In this document: piece after piece, positions 49,662-60,213 of the stretch
Position numbering within the stretch: the stretch's first letter is position 1
Layout of the letters: every line of letters starts with the position of its first letter
Assembly (NCBI GenBank): GCA_963662585.1
Contig: OY759729.1
Span: 832,001-896,000, forward strand
Length of the DNA: 64,000 bases
Source of the DNA: Candidatus Cloacimonadales bacterium
GTDB taxonomy: Bacteria; Cloacimonadota; Cloacimonadia; Cloacimonadales; JAFGVF01
Direction: 5' to 3'
Program-made: the position numbers and the translations under genes
Notes under the pieces: model-generated
Seen by the model: only the letters and a program-made list of their open reading frames with translations
Databases searched by the model: none
Told to the model about the DNA's origin: nothing

Positions 49662-49760
49662 ACTGGGAGCGCCAGCATCCTTGCTGGCATTCTTAACTGG
49701 GAGCGCTTGCATCCCTGCTGGCATTCTTAACTGGGAGAGCTTGCATCCTTGCTGGCATTC
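49661..49760 (+). repeat. Three tandem 34-bp REP-like palindromic units
   Basis: AACTGGGAGCGCCAGCATCCTTGCTGGCATTCTT at 49661, 49695 and 49729 with no spacers. Confidence 0.88.
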
Positions 49761-49779
49761 CCCAAAATACAATTATACT

Positions 49780-49804
49780 AGCCCTGCATAATGTAGGGCT
49801 TTTT
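49780..49804 (+). terminator. Intrinsic terminator
   Basis: AGCCCTGCAT-A-ATGTAGGGCT followed by TTTT. Confidence 0.65.
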
Positions 49805-49964
49805 CAATCCCCTTTCTTTATTACAAGCAATTTTAATATAGTAGCTTTCAGAAGCTAAGGTAGTCTTATAATAACAGAATTTTCATTATTTAGCTAGCAA
49901 CTGATTAACTAATATTTGTAATTAATCACTTTTTGATTATAATTAATTTATAAGAGGAGTTATA

Positions 49965-50915
49965 ATGAAAAATATTAAACCTAGAATAGTTCTAAGCAAA
50001 TGTATTAATTTTGAAGCATGTCGGTATAATGGACTTATGATGAATTCAGCTGTTATAGAAAAAATGAAAGATTTTGTAGAATTTATTACTGTTTGCCCTG
50101 AAGTAGAAATAGGCTTACCTATTCCCCGAGAATCTATTAGATTAATGCGACAAGGTGATGAAGTTAGATTAGTAAAATCTATGAGTGGTGAAGATTTTAC
50201 TGATAAGATGCTATCTTTTTCTAAAGAATTTGTAGGAAAATTGGAAGACATCGATGGCTTTATTCTTAAAAGTCGCTCGCCCTCATGTGGATTTAAAGAT
50301 GTAAAACTCTATTCAGGTATTGGGAAAATACCAGCAATAAGCACTAAAAGCGTTGGCTTATTTGCTCAAGAAGTTCTTGATAAGTACAGCCATCTTGCGA
50401 TTGAGGATGAAGGCAGACTTACTAATCTGCAATTAAGAGAACATTTCCTTACTAAAATCTATACTACTGCTGAATTTAGGAGTCTCCCCCATACCATGAA
50501 AAATTTAGTTGATTTTCATGCTTCCAACAAATACCTTTTTATGGCATATAACCAAGCTAAACTTAAGGAAGCAGGAAAAATAGTAGCTAATCATAATAAA
50601 GCTCCTGTGGATGAGGTCTTTGCTAAGTATCAAGAAAAACTCTATCAAATTTTCCAAAAAGCAGCAAATATCTCAACTAATATTAATGTTTTAATGCATA
50701 TCTTCGGCTACTTCTCTCAGGATCTTAATAGTGATGAGAAAGCTCACTTCTTAGAACAACTAGATCTCTTTAGGCAAAAGAAAATCCCTTTGATAGTTGT
50801 TACAACTATCTTAAATTCTTGGATTATGAGATTTAAAGAACCTTATCTCTCCCAACAACGCTATTTTAATCCCTTCCCTAAAGAACTAATGTCTATTAGT
50901 GATTCAGGAAAATAG
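49965..50915 (+). CDS. DUF523 (2-thiouracil desulfurase-like) + DUF1722 protein, YbgA family
   Basis: SKC......RYNG, VCPEVEIGLPIPRE, LKSRSPSCG, EDEGRL, FHASNKY, HIFGYF. Confidence 0.88.
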   Translation: MKNIKPRIVLSKCINFEACRYNGLMMNSAVIEKMKDFVEFITVCPEVEIGLPIPRESIRLMRQGDEVRLVKSMSGEDFTDKMLSFSKEFVGKLEDIDGFILKSRSPSCGFKDVKLYSGIGKIPAISTKSVGLFAQEVLDKYSHLAIEDEGRLTNLQLREHFLTKIYTTAEFRSLPHTMKNLVDFHASNKYLFMAYNQAKLKEAGKIVANHNKAPVDEVFAKYQEKLYQIFQKAANISTNINVLMHIFGYFSQDLNSDEKAHFLEQLDLFRQKKIPLIVVTTILNSWIMRFKEPYLSQQRYFNPFPKELMSISDSGK

Positions 50916-51282
50916 TTTCAAATCTAGAAAGACTTTCACACTCTAATTAAGAGAATATCCCTAAGTGACTAAATAGATTCGTCTAGGGTCTCATTTTTCA
51001 AAGAAAAATTGACCCTGGAGATGACATAACCGTATTAGGGTAACTCTGTCTTGTTAAAGCGAACAGTCGGGGTGTTTTTCTTTGAGGGCCTATGTCAATA
51101 GGCCCCTACAAATTTAATTTATCACAGGAATTTCAAGATCTTTAATTAGCTTAGACACAATTCATCTGCTAGCTACCAATTCACAATCGAGATAATCTTC
51201 CCAATCCGACAGAAGAGGGTTTATTACACTCTTGAATTTACTTTAACCCCCTAGAATTAGAAGAATATAAGTTCTTCATTCG

Positions 51283-51335
51283 TTTGCTAAAGCTTTTGCA
51301 CTCTTCTGTAAAGCTCTACTGCACCATTCGGATTA
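51283..51335 (-). repeat. Dispersed intergenic repeat, copy C
   Basis: Reverse complement TAATCCGAATGGTGCAGTAGAGCTTTACAGAAGAGTGCAAAAGCTTTAGCAAA. Confidence 0.75.
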
Positions 51336-51602
51336 AAGAGTTCAATTCTCCTGATAAATAGAAAATGTCAAGAAGACCTGAGAACTTCAATATTGTTTAA
51401 TCTTTAATAATAAACTACTAGGGAGGGTGGTTGAAAGTAGAGCAGTCTCGCTGTCTAAGTTGTATATAGTAGGAATTTTAACACTTACAATCAATTAAAA
51501 TTTTGAGAACAACTTACTTTTTTTATAATAATCATTGACACATATTTCAATCTTTTGTGTTTTTGATTCGACTAACAATAATATTCGAAAAGGAGTAAAA
51601 TA

Positions 51603-53222
51603 ATGGGATTAATACCAATACCTAATAATGAGCCTATTCTTTCTTATGCCCCAGGCAGTCCAGAGAGAAAGGCGTTACAAGCTGAATTGGAAAGAATGTC
51701 AAATGAAACAATCGAAATACCTTTAATTATAGGTGGAAAAGAAGTTAAAACAGGTAAAATGGCTAAAGCCGTTGAGCCACATAATCATAAAAATGTTCTT
51801 GCAAACTTCCATCAAGCTACTGAAAAAGAAGTTAACATGGCAATCAATGCAGCTCTTGCTGCACGCAAACAATGGGCAGCCACTCCATATCAAGTTAGAG
51901 CTGGAATCTTCTTAAAAGCAGCAGAATTAATCTCTGGTAAATATAGAGCTAAAGTAAATGCAGCTACTATGTTAAACCAATCAAAAAATGCTTTCCAATC
52001 CGAAATTGATTCAGTTTGTGAATTAATAGATTTCTTACGCTTCAATGCAAAATTCATGGAAGATATCTATGAAGCACAGAGACTTGAATCACCAGTAGGA
52101 ATGTGGAATCAATTAGAATATCGTGGTTTAGAAGGATTTGTTTTTGCAATCACACCATTTAACTTCACTTCTATTGGTGGAAATTTACCAACTGCTCCAG
52201 CAATGATGGGTTGTGTTTCAGTTTGGAAACCTGCATCAACTTCCGTATTCTCTAATTATATCATAATGAAGATATTGGAAGAGGCAGGATTACCAGCTGG
52301 TGTTATCAACTTCATCCCTGGTCGCGGTGCTGATGTTGGTGATTCAGTTATCCAACATCCAGAACTTAGTGGTGTTCACTTCACAGGTTCAACTGGTGTA
52401 TTCCAAAATATATGGAAAACTATTGGTAACAATATTGTAAATTATAAAACTTACCCAAGAATCGTTGGTGAAACTGGTGGAAAAGACTTCATCGTAGCCC
52501 ACAAATCAGCCGATATTGATGCTTTAATTACTGCTTCAGTTAGAGGTGCTTTTGAATTTCAAGGTCAAAAATGTTCAGCACTTTCAAGAATTTACATTCC
52601 TGAATCACTATATCCACAATGGATTGAAGGTTGCAAAAGAGATTTAGCGACTATGAAAATGGGTGGTGTAAAAGACTTCACAAACTTCATTAATGCAGTT
52701 ATAGATGAAAGAAGCTTTGACAAAATTACTCAAGAATATATTGAGTTTGCTAAAAAAGCTGATGATGCTGAAGTTGTTGCTGGTGGTGAATATGATAAAA
52801 CTGAAGGTTACTTCATCAAACCTACTATTATCAAAACTACCAACCCTCAATTCAAATCAATGGTGGAAGAAATATTCGGACCTGTCTTAACAGTTTTCGT
52901 TTATGAAGATGATAAATATGAAGAGACTTTAGAGTTATGTGATCAGACATCTATGTATGCACTAACTGGAGCTCTTTGGGCTCAAGATAGATATGCGATT
53001 GACTTAGGCACAAAAGCTTTAGTTCATTCAGCAGGTAATTTCTATATTAACGACAAACCAACTGGTGCTGTTGTAGGTCAACAACCATTTGGTGGTTCTC
53101 GTGCTTCAGGTACTAACGATAAAGCTGGTTCTCTCTGGAATCTTATTCGTTGGACTGCTGTTAGAACTATCAAAGAGACTTTTAACCCACCAACAGATTA
53201 CAGATATCCTTTCTTAGGATAA
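51603..53222 (+). CDS. pruA: 1-pyrroline-5-carboxylate dehydrogenase
   Basis: NEPILSYAPGSPER, PFNFTSIGGNL, GETGGKDF, FEFQGQKCSA, EEIFGP, QPFGGSRASGTNDKAG. Confidence 0.95.
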   Translation: MGLIPIPNNEPILSYAPGSPERKALQAELERMSNETIEIPLIIGGKEVKTGKMAKAVEPHNHKNVLANFHQATEKEVNMAINAALAARKQWAATPYQVRAGIFLKAAELISGKYRAKVNAATMLNQSKNAFQSEIDSVCELIDFLRFNAKFMEDIYEAQRLESPVGMWNQLEYRGLEGFVFAITPFNFTSIGGNLPTAPAMMGCVSVWKPASTSVFSNYIIMKILEEAGLPAGVINFIPGRGADVGDSVIQHPELSGVHFTGSTGVFQNIWKTIGNNIVNYKTYPRIVGETGGKDFIVAHKSADIDALITASVRGAFEFQGQKCSALSRIYIPESLYPQWIEGCKRDLATMKMGGVKDFTNFINAVIDERSFDKITQEYIEFAKKADDAEVVAGGEYDKTEGYFIKPTIIKTTNPQFKSMVEEIFGPVLTVFVYEDDKYEETLELCDQTSMYALTGALWAQDRYAIDLGTKALVHSAGNFYINDKPTGAVVGQQPFGGSRASGTNDKAGSLWNLIRWTAVRTIKETFNPPTDYRYPFLG

Positions 53223-53241
53223 TCCCTGTTAACTTAAATTT

Positions 53242-53270
53242 AAGAGACTGAGCAATCAGTCTCTTTTTTT
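53242..53270 (+). terminator. Intrinsic terminator of pruA
   Basis: AAGAGACTGA-GCAA-TCAGTCTCTT plus T-run. Confidence 0.88.
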
Positions 53271-53312
53271 CTTAGAATTATTTATTGACATTATTTTGTT
53301 TCTTATCTATTA

Positions 53313-53876
53313 TTGTTTTTAATTAATAAACTTCACTGGAGCATTATGAAATTTCTTTACCAAGTATTTGCTATAGCTTTGATTATCTTAGCAATAAGTT
53401 GCAATAAACCTAACAATGAAAACACTCTTGAGCAGATAAATCTTAATTATGATTCCCTCTTAGTTGAATCGATTGTTCCTGTTACCTCTGATTTCAAGGT
53501 AGCAAAACTGATTGATTGGGAAATTGATGCCAGCGCATCCCAAGATAAAAAGGATATGCTCTATTTTAATAATGTTAATCACTATGGAATGATAACTGTC
53601 AAAGCTTATAGTGACGGGAATTTCCCAACTTACCTTGAAGAAACGCTAAAGACTTTTGAAGGTCTTACTATGGTTTCAGAGAGTATTTTTACTTATTCCA
53701 ATAAAACATATCATCAGTATTTTCTAAAATCAGAAGGATTCATTGTGTTAAAAGCTATTATAGAAATTGATGATACTAACTATTTAGATACAAATTTTTT
53801 AATTGTTGAGAGTAAATATCCGGAAATATCACACATGATAGAGACTTATTTAGCCTCTATTGCAATTTTAAACTAA
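53313..53876 (+). CDS. Hypothetical lipoprotein
   Basis: MKFLYQVFAIALIILAISC lipobox (likely start 53347). Confidence 0.6.
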   Translation: MFLINKLHWSIMKFLYQVFAIALIILAISCNKPNNENTLEQINLNYDSLLVESIVPVTSDFKVAKLIDWEIDASASQDKKDMLYFNNVNHYGMITVKAYSDGNFPTYLEETLKTFEGLTMVSESIFTYSNKTYHQYFLKSEGFIVLKAIIEIDDTNYLDTNFLIVESKYPEISHMIETYLASIAILN

Positions 53877-53885
53877 GGAGAAGAG

Positions 53886-54179
53886 ATGAAAAAAATATTT
53901 ATGACTACTATGATTGTTATTATGTTATTAAGTTTAGTTGCTTGTTCTACCCATATCCATAAAGTTGGAAATGGTGCTCAAGGCAATAATGTCCAAACTG
54001 CTCGCCAATGGTATGTTTTATGGGGATTAGTTCCTATTAATGAAGTTAATACCAACCAAATGGCTGCTGGTGCAACAAATTATGAAATTAAGACAGAACA
54101 AACTTTCATCGATGGTTTGATTACTGCTTTCACTTCAACTGTTACAGTATCTTGTAGAAGCGTAGAAGTAACAAAATAA
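53886..54179 (+). CDS. Bor/Iss-family small lipoprotein
   Basis: LVAC lipobox, QWYVLWGL, IKTEQTFIDGL, RSVEV. Confidence 0.7.
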   Translation: MKKIFMTTMIVIMLLSLVACSTHIHKVGNGAQGNNVQTARQWYVLWGLVPINEVNTNQMAAGATNYEIKTEQTFIDGLITAFTSTVTVSCRSVEVTK

Positions 54180-54207
54180 TTTCTATAAAAACAATTCCGT
54201 GATATTT

Positions 54208-54236
54208 AAAGGCTGATTATTTGATCAGCCTTTTTT
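54208..54236. terminator. Intrinsic terminator between convergent genes
   Basis: AAAGGCTGAT-TATTTG-ATCAGCCTTTTTT. Confidence 0.8.
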
Positions 54237-54252
54237 CATATCCATAGATTAT

Positions 54253-54912
54253 CTATTTATAAAAAAATTGCCCCATTCCAGTAATAAATACAATTAAACC
54301 TAAAATAGAATGTTCAATAGTAACTAGCATCAAAGAGCGTCTTTGCTGATAGTTACGAGTAAATACTAACCCAGAAAGTAAAGTAAGAAGAATTGCTGGA
54401 ATATTGTTATAGATAATATGAAGAAAACTAAAAGCAATCATATTAGATATTAGTAATTGCTTAGTAGTGAAGATGTTTTTATATCTTTCAAAGTAAAAGG
54501 TCCGATATATTATCTCTTGAGGTAAGGCAGAAACTAAGGGGTAAAATATTGATATGATGATCATTAGTTGGGGTCTTTCTCTAATTAAGATAAAGGCTTT
54601 CTCATCTAAAAAAATAATTATGTATCCCAGAAATACTGTAAAAGAGCCTAAATAGATTATTCCCATTCTGCGCCAGTACTTAAAATCTAATTTCGGTATT
54701 TTATACCAATTTCTATCCAAATATCCCAATCTTATTGATAAAAATAAGACTCCTACTAATACTATCAGCAATAATATTAATCGTGGCAAGGGGATTATGT
54801 TGAATTTCATCAACAAAGGAAGAGCGATAAAGAGAATAATTAATTCTAGAATTTTCCATACCTTAGACATATTTGACCTCAATGATTTATTATTTAATAT
54901 AACGATAATCAT
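54253..54912 (-). CDS. CPBP/CAAX intramembrane protease
   Basis: QEIIYR, FSFLH, EHSILG; multi-TM. Confidence 0.8.
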   Translation of the reverse strand: MIIVILNNKSLRSNMSKVWKILELIILFIALPLLMKFNIIPLPRLILLLIVLVGVLFLSIRLGYLDRNWYKIPKLDFKYWRRMGIIYLGSFTVFLGYIIIFLDEKAFILIRERPQLMIIISIFYPLVSALPQEIIYRTFYFERYKNIFTTKQLLISNMIAFSFLHIIYNNIPAILLTLLSGLVFTRNYQQRRSLMLVTIEHSILGLIVFITGMGQFFYK

Positions 54913-54980
54913 TTTTTTTGATTTGACAAAGATTTGAGGTTAATTTAGTTGTGAGAAAATAATAAATATGAGGTAATCTA

Positions 54981-56081
54981 ATGAGGGATTATTCTGAGAT
55001 TATAAAAACATTGCAGGCTAATATCAATGTTAAACATCAAGTTTTAGTTGGCTTCGATGGCTTTGTAGATGAGATTTGCCAAGTTGTCGAAGAGAGATTA
55101 ACTGCGACTAAATATAGACCAGTAAAAACTATAACCGACTATTCCAATAAAGTTGGTAAATATGCTGGACTAAGCATGAATATTGAAATAGTTCCGACTA
55201 TGATCAAGCTGGGAGGCAATGCACCTATAATGGCTAATTGCCTTTCAGAACTAGGTAATACTATAGACTTCATTGGGGCAATTGGTGAAAATGAAATTCA
55301 TCCCCTTTTCCGAGACTTTTCCGAAAGATGTCGGAACTGCTTCTCTATTTCTGATCCTGGACACACAGATGCTTTAGAATTCACTGATGGCAAGATTATG
55401 CTGGGAAAGATTGAACCAATGGACAAGGTTAATTGGGATAATATAATCTCTTATATTGGAGAAGATGAACTAGAAAAATTAGTTAAGGAAAGTGAGTTGT
55501 TAGCTTTCAACAATTGGACCCTTATCTTCGGAATGAATAGTATTATAGAAGGATTTACTGAAATATTAACTAAAACAAAGCATAAACCATTTATTTATTT
55601 TGATCTAAGTGATCCGACAAAAAGAGATAGACAAGATATCAGAGAAGCAATTTATTATATAAGCAATATGCAAAAAGTAGGTAAGGTAATTTTAGGACTC
55701 AATAAGAATGAATCTGATTTAATCTCCCAGATTCTTAAGAAAAAAGAGTCTGATTTAGCAGATAGAGCTTTAATGATTAAAGATTCACTAGGAATCTATG
55801 CTTGCGTAATTCATGATATCAAAGGAGCAAGTTGTGGTTATGAAGATAAATCTGCTTGGTTGGATGGTCCTTTTACCCCAAAACCAAAACTATCAACCGG
55901 AGCAGGAGATAATTTCAATGCTGGTTATTGTTATGGACTTCTCAGTGGATTATCACCTAAAGAAGCACTTCTAACCGGAGTATCTACTTCAGGTTTCTAT
56001 GTTAGAGAAAAACATTCCCCGTCTTCACAGGAATTACTGAATTTTATCAGCACATTCATCAATAATGAGATTAAGGAGTAA
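54981..56081 (+). CDS. PfkB-family carbohydrate kinase
   Basis: KLGGNAPIMA and C-terminal STGAGDNFNAGY signature. Confidence 0.85.
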   Translation: MRDYSEIIKTLQANINVKHQVLVGFDGFVDEICQVVEERLTATKYRPVKTITDYSNKVGKYAGLSMNIEIVPTMIKLGGNAPIMANCLSELGNTIDFIGAIGENEIHPLFRDFSERCRNCFSISDPGHTDALEFTDGKIMLGKIEPMDKVNWDNIISYIGEDELEKLVKESELLAFNNWTLIFGMNSIIEGFTEILTKTKHKPFIYFDLSDPTKRDRQDIREAIYYISNMQKVGKVILGLNKNESDLISQILKKKESDLADRALMIKDSLGIYACVIHDIKGASCGYEDKSAWLDGPFTPKPKLSTGAGDNFNAGYCYGLLSGLSPKEALLTGVSTSGFYVREKHSPSSQELLNFISTFINNEIKE

Positions 56082-56084
56082 ATC

Positions 56085-56537
56085 ATGAAGAAATTAGAAC
56101 GCTATCAACGAATTGCTTCCCAGCTTGAAGATTTGTTTAAAAAGACAGATAATTTATCAGCTAGAATGGCAACGACCTGTGCTATCTTGCATCATAAATT
56201 TAATTACTATTTCTGGACAGGATTCTATTCGTTAATCAATGAAAAGTTAATTGTGCAAACTTATCAAGGACCTGTAGCATGTTTAGTTTTACAGAAAGAT
56301 ACAGGTGTTTGTTGGGCTGCTCTAAACGAGAAAAAAAGTATAATAGTCCCTGATGTTGAGAAATTCCCAGGACACATAGCCTGCGATTCCCGCTCTAAAT
56401 CAGAGATCGTTCTACCTCTTTTCAAAGGAAATGAAGTGATTGCAGTTTTAGATATCGATAGTAAAGAGTTAAACTCTTTTGATGAAGAAGATAAAGAGGG
56501 ATTAGAGCTGATCTTGAAATTAATCATGGAAGTATAG
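56085..56537 (+). CDS. GAF-domain protein (free methionine-R-sulfoxide reductase-like)
   Basis: WTGFY, YQGPVAC, GVC, VPDVEKFPGHIACDSRSKSEIV, VLDIDS. Confidence 0.85.
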   Translation: MKKLERYQRIASQLEDLFKKTDNLSARMATTCAILHHKFNYYFWTGFYSLINEKLIVQTYQGPVACLVLQKDTGVCWAALNEKKSIIVPDVEKFPGHIACDSRSKSEIVLPLFKGNEVIAVLDIDSKELNSFDEEDKEGLELILKLIMEV

Positions 56538-56560
56538 AAAGATAAAATAAAGGAAATAAT

Positions 56561-58684
56561 ATGAAATTATACATTGTGACTTTCTTCTTATTCTTGTTTC
56601 TTGCCTTAAATGGAACAAGCATTAAAGAAGTCTATGATAATGCCTCTTCCAATGGACTTTACGATAAAGAATTAATCCTCAATACTGGAGAAATCTACAC
56701 GGGATCTTTGCTAATTGGAGGACTTTACAACCATATTCCTGGCACATTTACCGATACTTTAGGGGCTAATGTGAATATCATTGGAAATGGAGCTGTTATT
56801 GATTTGCAGGGTGGATTCATCACTATTCAATACACTGACAAGAGATTAGATATTTCTGATTGTGTTATTATTAATGGGGGTGTCAAATTCCGAGGTTCTA
56901 CTGAAGGAACTAATCTTATCCCTCAAGGCTCTGTTTCTTTCGTAACTTTCTATCAAGCTGAAGATTATGCAGTAAGAATACATTCTGCAGGAGAAGGGAT
57001 TAGTATTAATAATAATATTTTTGTCGATACTTATGGAAGTGGAGATGATTTTGTAAATTATACTAGCGAGACTTTAGAATGGCTTCCTACAGGACATAAT
57101 CTAATCACAAGCATTTTTGTTGAGACATACGGGTATCCTAACATCAGTGATAACTGGTCATATTTTAGTGATTGGCGATTAAATGATGATCTTATAAATC
57201 ATTATGGTCTCTTCTGCGACTATGGCTGAGTTGAACCTCAGGCTTGGCTGGATGCCAACTCTTACAATAATCTTGCAATGACAGATCCCCAACTAACAGA
57301 TGCAGAGAATGGTGATTTTTCTCTTGCTCCTGATAGCCCGGCAATAGGTTACGGATGTCAAACATTTGGCCCTCTAGTAAAATATCCCCCAGCTAGTAAT
57401 ATTACCAGAGATTTAACTCCTGATAACCGAACTACTTTGTCGGGAACAATCTCAGAATCTATACTATTAACAGCTTTAGATATCCAAGTTACTGATAATG
57501 TGTTAGTAGAGGATGGTATTACTTTAGCCTTTACACCTGGAGCAAATATTACTTTTAACGAATTCTATCATATTGAAGTTCAAGGTACTATTCTTGCCCA
57601 GGGAACCGCTAATGAAAGAATTACTTTCACTGCTGCAGACCCCTATCTTTTCACTTATGATGATGATTTAGCAGGAGCTTGGAATGGCTTTAAATATTTC
57701 AATACTAAAGACACAAATGAAAGCTCTCTATTTACTTTTGCTATTTTCGAATACACTAAAGCAATAGACTCTGAATATCCTGGATTTACAGATGCAGGAG
57801 CTGTTTTTCAAGTTTATGCTTTTGATAAACTAAGAATTGAAAACTCTATTTTCAGAAATAATTATGCCAATTATGGTTCTATATTAGCTCTTAATAAAGA
57901 CTCTAACATAACTTTCATTAACAATCAAGTTACTGATAATAAAGTTGCTATGGGTGGAAGTCTTGCCTTAATTAGCTACTCTAATCCTAGAATAGTGAAT
58001 AATACTATTATTAATAATGAAGTTTTAAATCAAGATGATTTTCACTCTACAGGCGTTATAGAATCATATATTTCTAAACCAATAATCTATAATAATATTA
58101 TCTACCAAAACAGTGATAACTTCTTTGAAGAACACCAACTCTTCTCTGCTAAAACTTATCATACTCGTTTTAATGGACTAGACTTCCCATTTGGGACAAA
58201 TAATATATTAATATCAAACCTTAATTTTAGCTTTAATGACCTTAATATTTATCTACCTACTGACAATACTCAGATAATCGATTCTGCAAGTCAGGAACTT
58301 CCCTTTAGTTTAGAACTTCCTCAATATGATATCCTCGGAAATTTACGAATTTATAATAACCAACTTGATATGGGAGCTGTAGAATTACAGTCTGTAAGCA
58401 ATGATGATGTTAGCCAACTACAAACTGTTAATCTGTCTTTGTACCCCAATCCTTTTAATCCTGAGATTACCATAGAAATGCCTAAAGATATGCCTGAAAA
58501 AGCTACTCTTACAATCTATAATCTAAAAGGACAAATAGTAAAGACTTTTCATGAACTTGATAATTATAAGCTTGTTTGGTCTGGTCTTGATAACCAAGGG
58601 AAAAAAGTCACTTCTGGTATCTATCTCTTTAAGTATGAAACGAAGAGCTTTTCTGAAATCAAGAAGGCTTTACTCATAAAATAG
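56561..58684 (+). CDS. Secreted beta-helix protein with FlgD/T9SS-like C-terminal domain, split by an in-frame TGA (57227-57229)
   Basis: ORFs 56561-57229 (signal peptide) and 57278-58684 (YPNPFNPE..IYNLKGQ..WSG..VTSGIY) share a frame with 16 open codons between them. Confidence 0.65.
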
Positions 58685-58710
58685 GCATTAAACACTAATT
58701 TACATAAAAC

Positions 58711-58738
58711 AAAAAAGAGGCTGAATTTCTTCAGCCTC
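58711..58738 (-). terminator. Intrinsic terminator after ferredoxin
   Basis: GAGGCTGAA-TTTC-TTCAGCCTC with a T-run on the minus strand. Confidence 0.8.
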
Positions 58739-58758
58739 GTATGTAGATTTGATTATAA

Positions 58759-58929
58759 TTATTCAGAAATTGCACTTACAGGACATGTAGAGATACATGC
58801 ACCGCAGTCAATACAAGTTGCTTCATCAACAACTGCTTTGTCATCAACCATTGAAAGTGCTTGAACAGGACATACATCAACACAAGCACCGCATCCAATA
58901 CAAGTAGATTTATCAATTTTAACTGCCAT
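58759..58929 (-). CDS. 2[4Fe-4S] ferredoxin, 56 aa (not in ORF track)
   Basis: MAVKIDKSTCIGCGACVDVCPVQALSMVDDKAVVDEATCIDCGACISTCPVSAISE; two CxxCxxCxxxCP motifs; GGAGG RBS. Confidence 0.95.
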   Translation of the reverse strand: MAVKIDKSTCIGCGACVDVCPVQALSMVDDKAVVDEATCIDCGACISTCPVSAISE

Positions 58930-58998
58930 AATAGGCCTCCTAACATTTTTTATATTTTATTTTTATTTATTTAGTATCTCTGTCAAGAAATAATTGAA

Positions 58999-60033
58999 TT
59001 AAATATTTAAGGGAAGACTAACTTTTTCACCTGATTTTGCAGATTTGTATAAAGCTTGAATTATTTCTAAGGATTTTCTGCCACATCTTCCATCAGTAGA
59101 AGGTTCACATTTACCTAAAAGAACATCGATCACATTGCGATAATAAGGAATATGACCAAAGCCATAGACACTAGTTGTTGAATAACTTGCATCTTCTATT
59201 AATTTATCATCATCATCATAATCCTCAAAATCCCATTTTTCAATCTTATTGATAGCAACACCACCAATTTTTACAGTACCTTTTTCACCAAGAATTGTGA
59301 TTGAGCCTTCAAAGTTTTTAGGATAAGTAAGCATTGTTACATTCATAGTACCAATAACACCATTTCTGAATTTAATAATAACAGAACCAGTGTCTTCTGC
59401 TTCAATATTTCTTTCCATAGTAGCTGTTTCAGCCATCACTGAATCGACATTTCCAATTAACCAATACATAGCATCTACATAATGACTGGCTTGATTCATA
59501 AAAGCACCACCATCAAATTCCCAAGTACCTCGCCATTTAGCTAAATCATAATAGCTTTGTGGTCTAGTCCAGAAAACATTAGATTGAATCATATAGATTC
59601 TACCAAAACGACCTTTATCAATAGCTTTTTTAAGAAGTTGCATTGTAGCATTAAGTCTATTTTGTTTCACCACAAAAAGATGAACTTTATATTTATCGCA
59701 AGCCTTGATAAGTAAATCAGCATCTTTGATATTAATGGCCATTGGTTTTTCAGAGATAACATGCAAGTTTCTTTTAGCAACCTCAATACCGATTTGAGGA
59801 TGAATACCACTAGGAGTACAAATCGCCACAGCATCAAGTTCTTCTTTTTCTAACATCTCTATATAGTCTGTATAATAGCTTTCTAAATTGTATTTTTCAC
59901 AAGCTTCTTTAGCTCTTTCTTCAATAATATCACAGCAAGTAACAAATTGAGCTTCTTCAATTTGTTTAATTGATTCAAAATGGTTTTTAGAAATTCTTCC
60001 ACAACCAATAAGACCTAATCTAATATTTTTCAT
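58999..60033 (-). CDS. Gfo/Idh/MocA oxidoreductase (WbpB/WlbA-like UDP-sugar 3-dehydrogenase)
   Basis: GLIGCGRIS, EKPMA, VVKQNR, WRGTWEFDGGAFMNQASHYVD. Confidence 0.88.
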   Translation of the reverse strand: MKNIRLGLIGCGRISKNHFESIKQIEEAQFVTCCDIIEERAKEACEKYNLESYYTDYIEMLEKEELDAVAICTPSGIHPQIGIEVAKRNLHVISEKPMAINIKDADLLIKACDKYKVHLFVVKQNRLNATMQLLKKAIDKGRFGRIYMIQSNVFWTRPQSYYDLAKWRGTWEFDGGAFMNQASHYVDAMYWLIGNVDSVMAETATMERNIEAEDTGSVIIKFRNGVIGTMNVTMLTYPKNFEGSITILGEKGTVKIGGVAINKIEKWDFEDYDDDDKLIEDASYSTTSVYGFGHIPYYRNVIDVLLGKCEPSTDGRCGRKSLEIIQALYKSAKSGEKVSLPLNI

Positions 60034-60213
60034 TGATACTCCTGTACTAAAATTACTTAGTTTAAAATAATAAAGTTAATTTCCAAATATTTGTCAATAG
60101 AATTTTTAATAAAAATGATTATCTTTTTAAATATTTGGTTTTATTCTTAATTTTCTTGACAAAACTTAGCAAAATTTATCTCTTAATTCAATAAATATCT
60201 AAAGGAATTTTAA

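Noticed and set aside
49661..49760. Possible mini CRISPR array
   Set aside because: The 34-bp units are directly tandem with no spacers
36666..57229. Genome-wide TGA reassignment (code 4 or 25) suggested by two in-frame TGAs
   Set aside because: TGA ends intact genes at their expected C-termini (21144, 21949, 22500, 23230) and Trp is encoded by TGG
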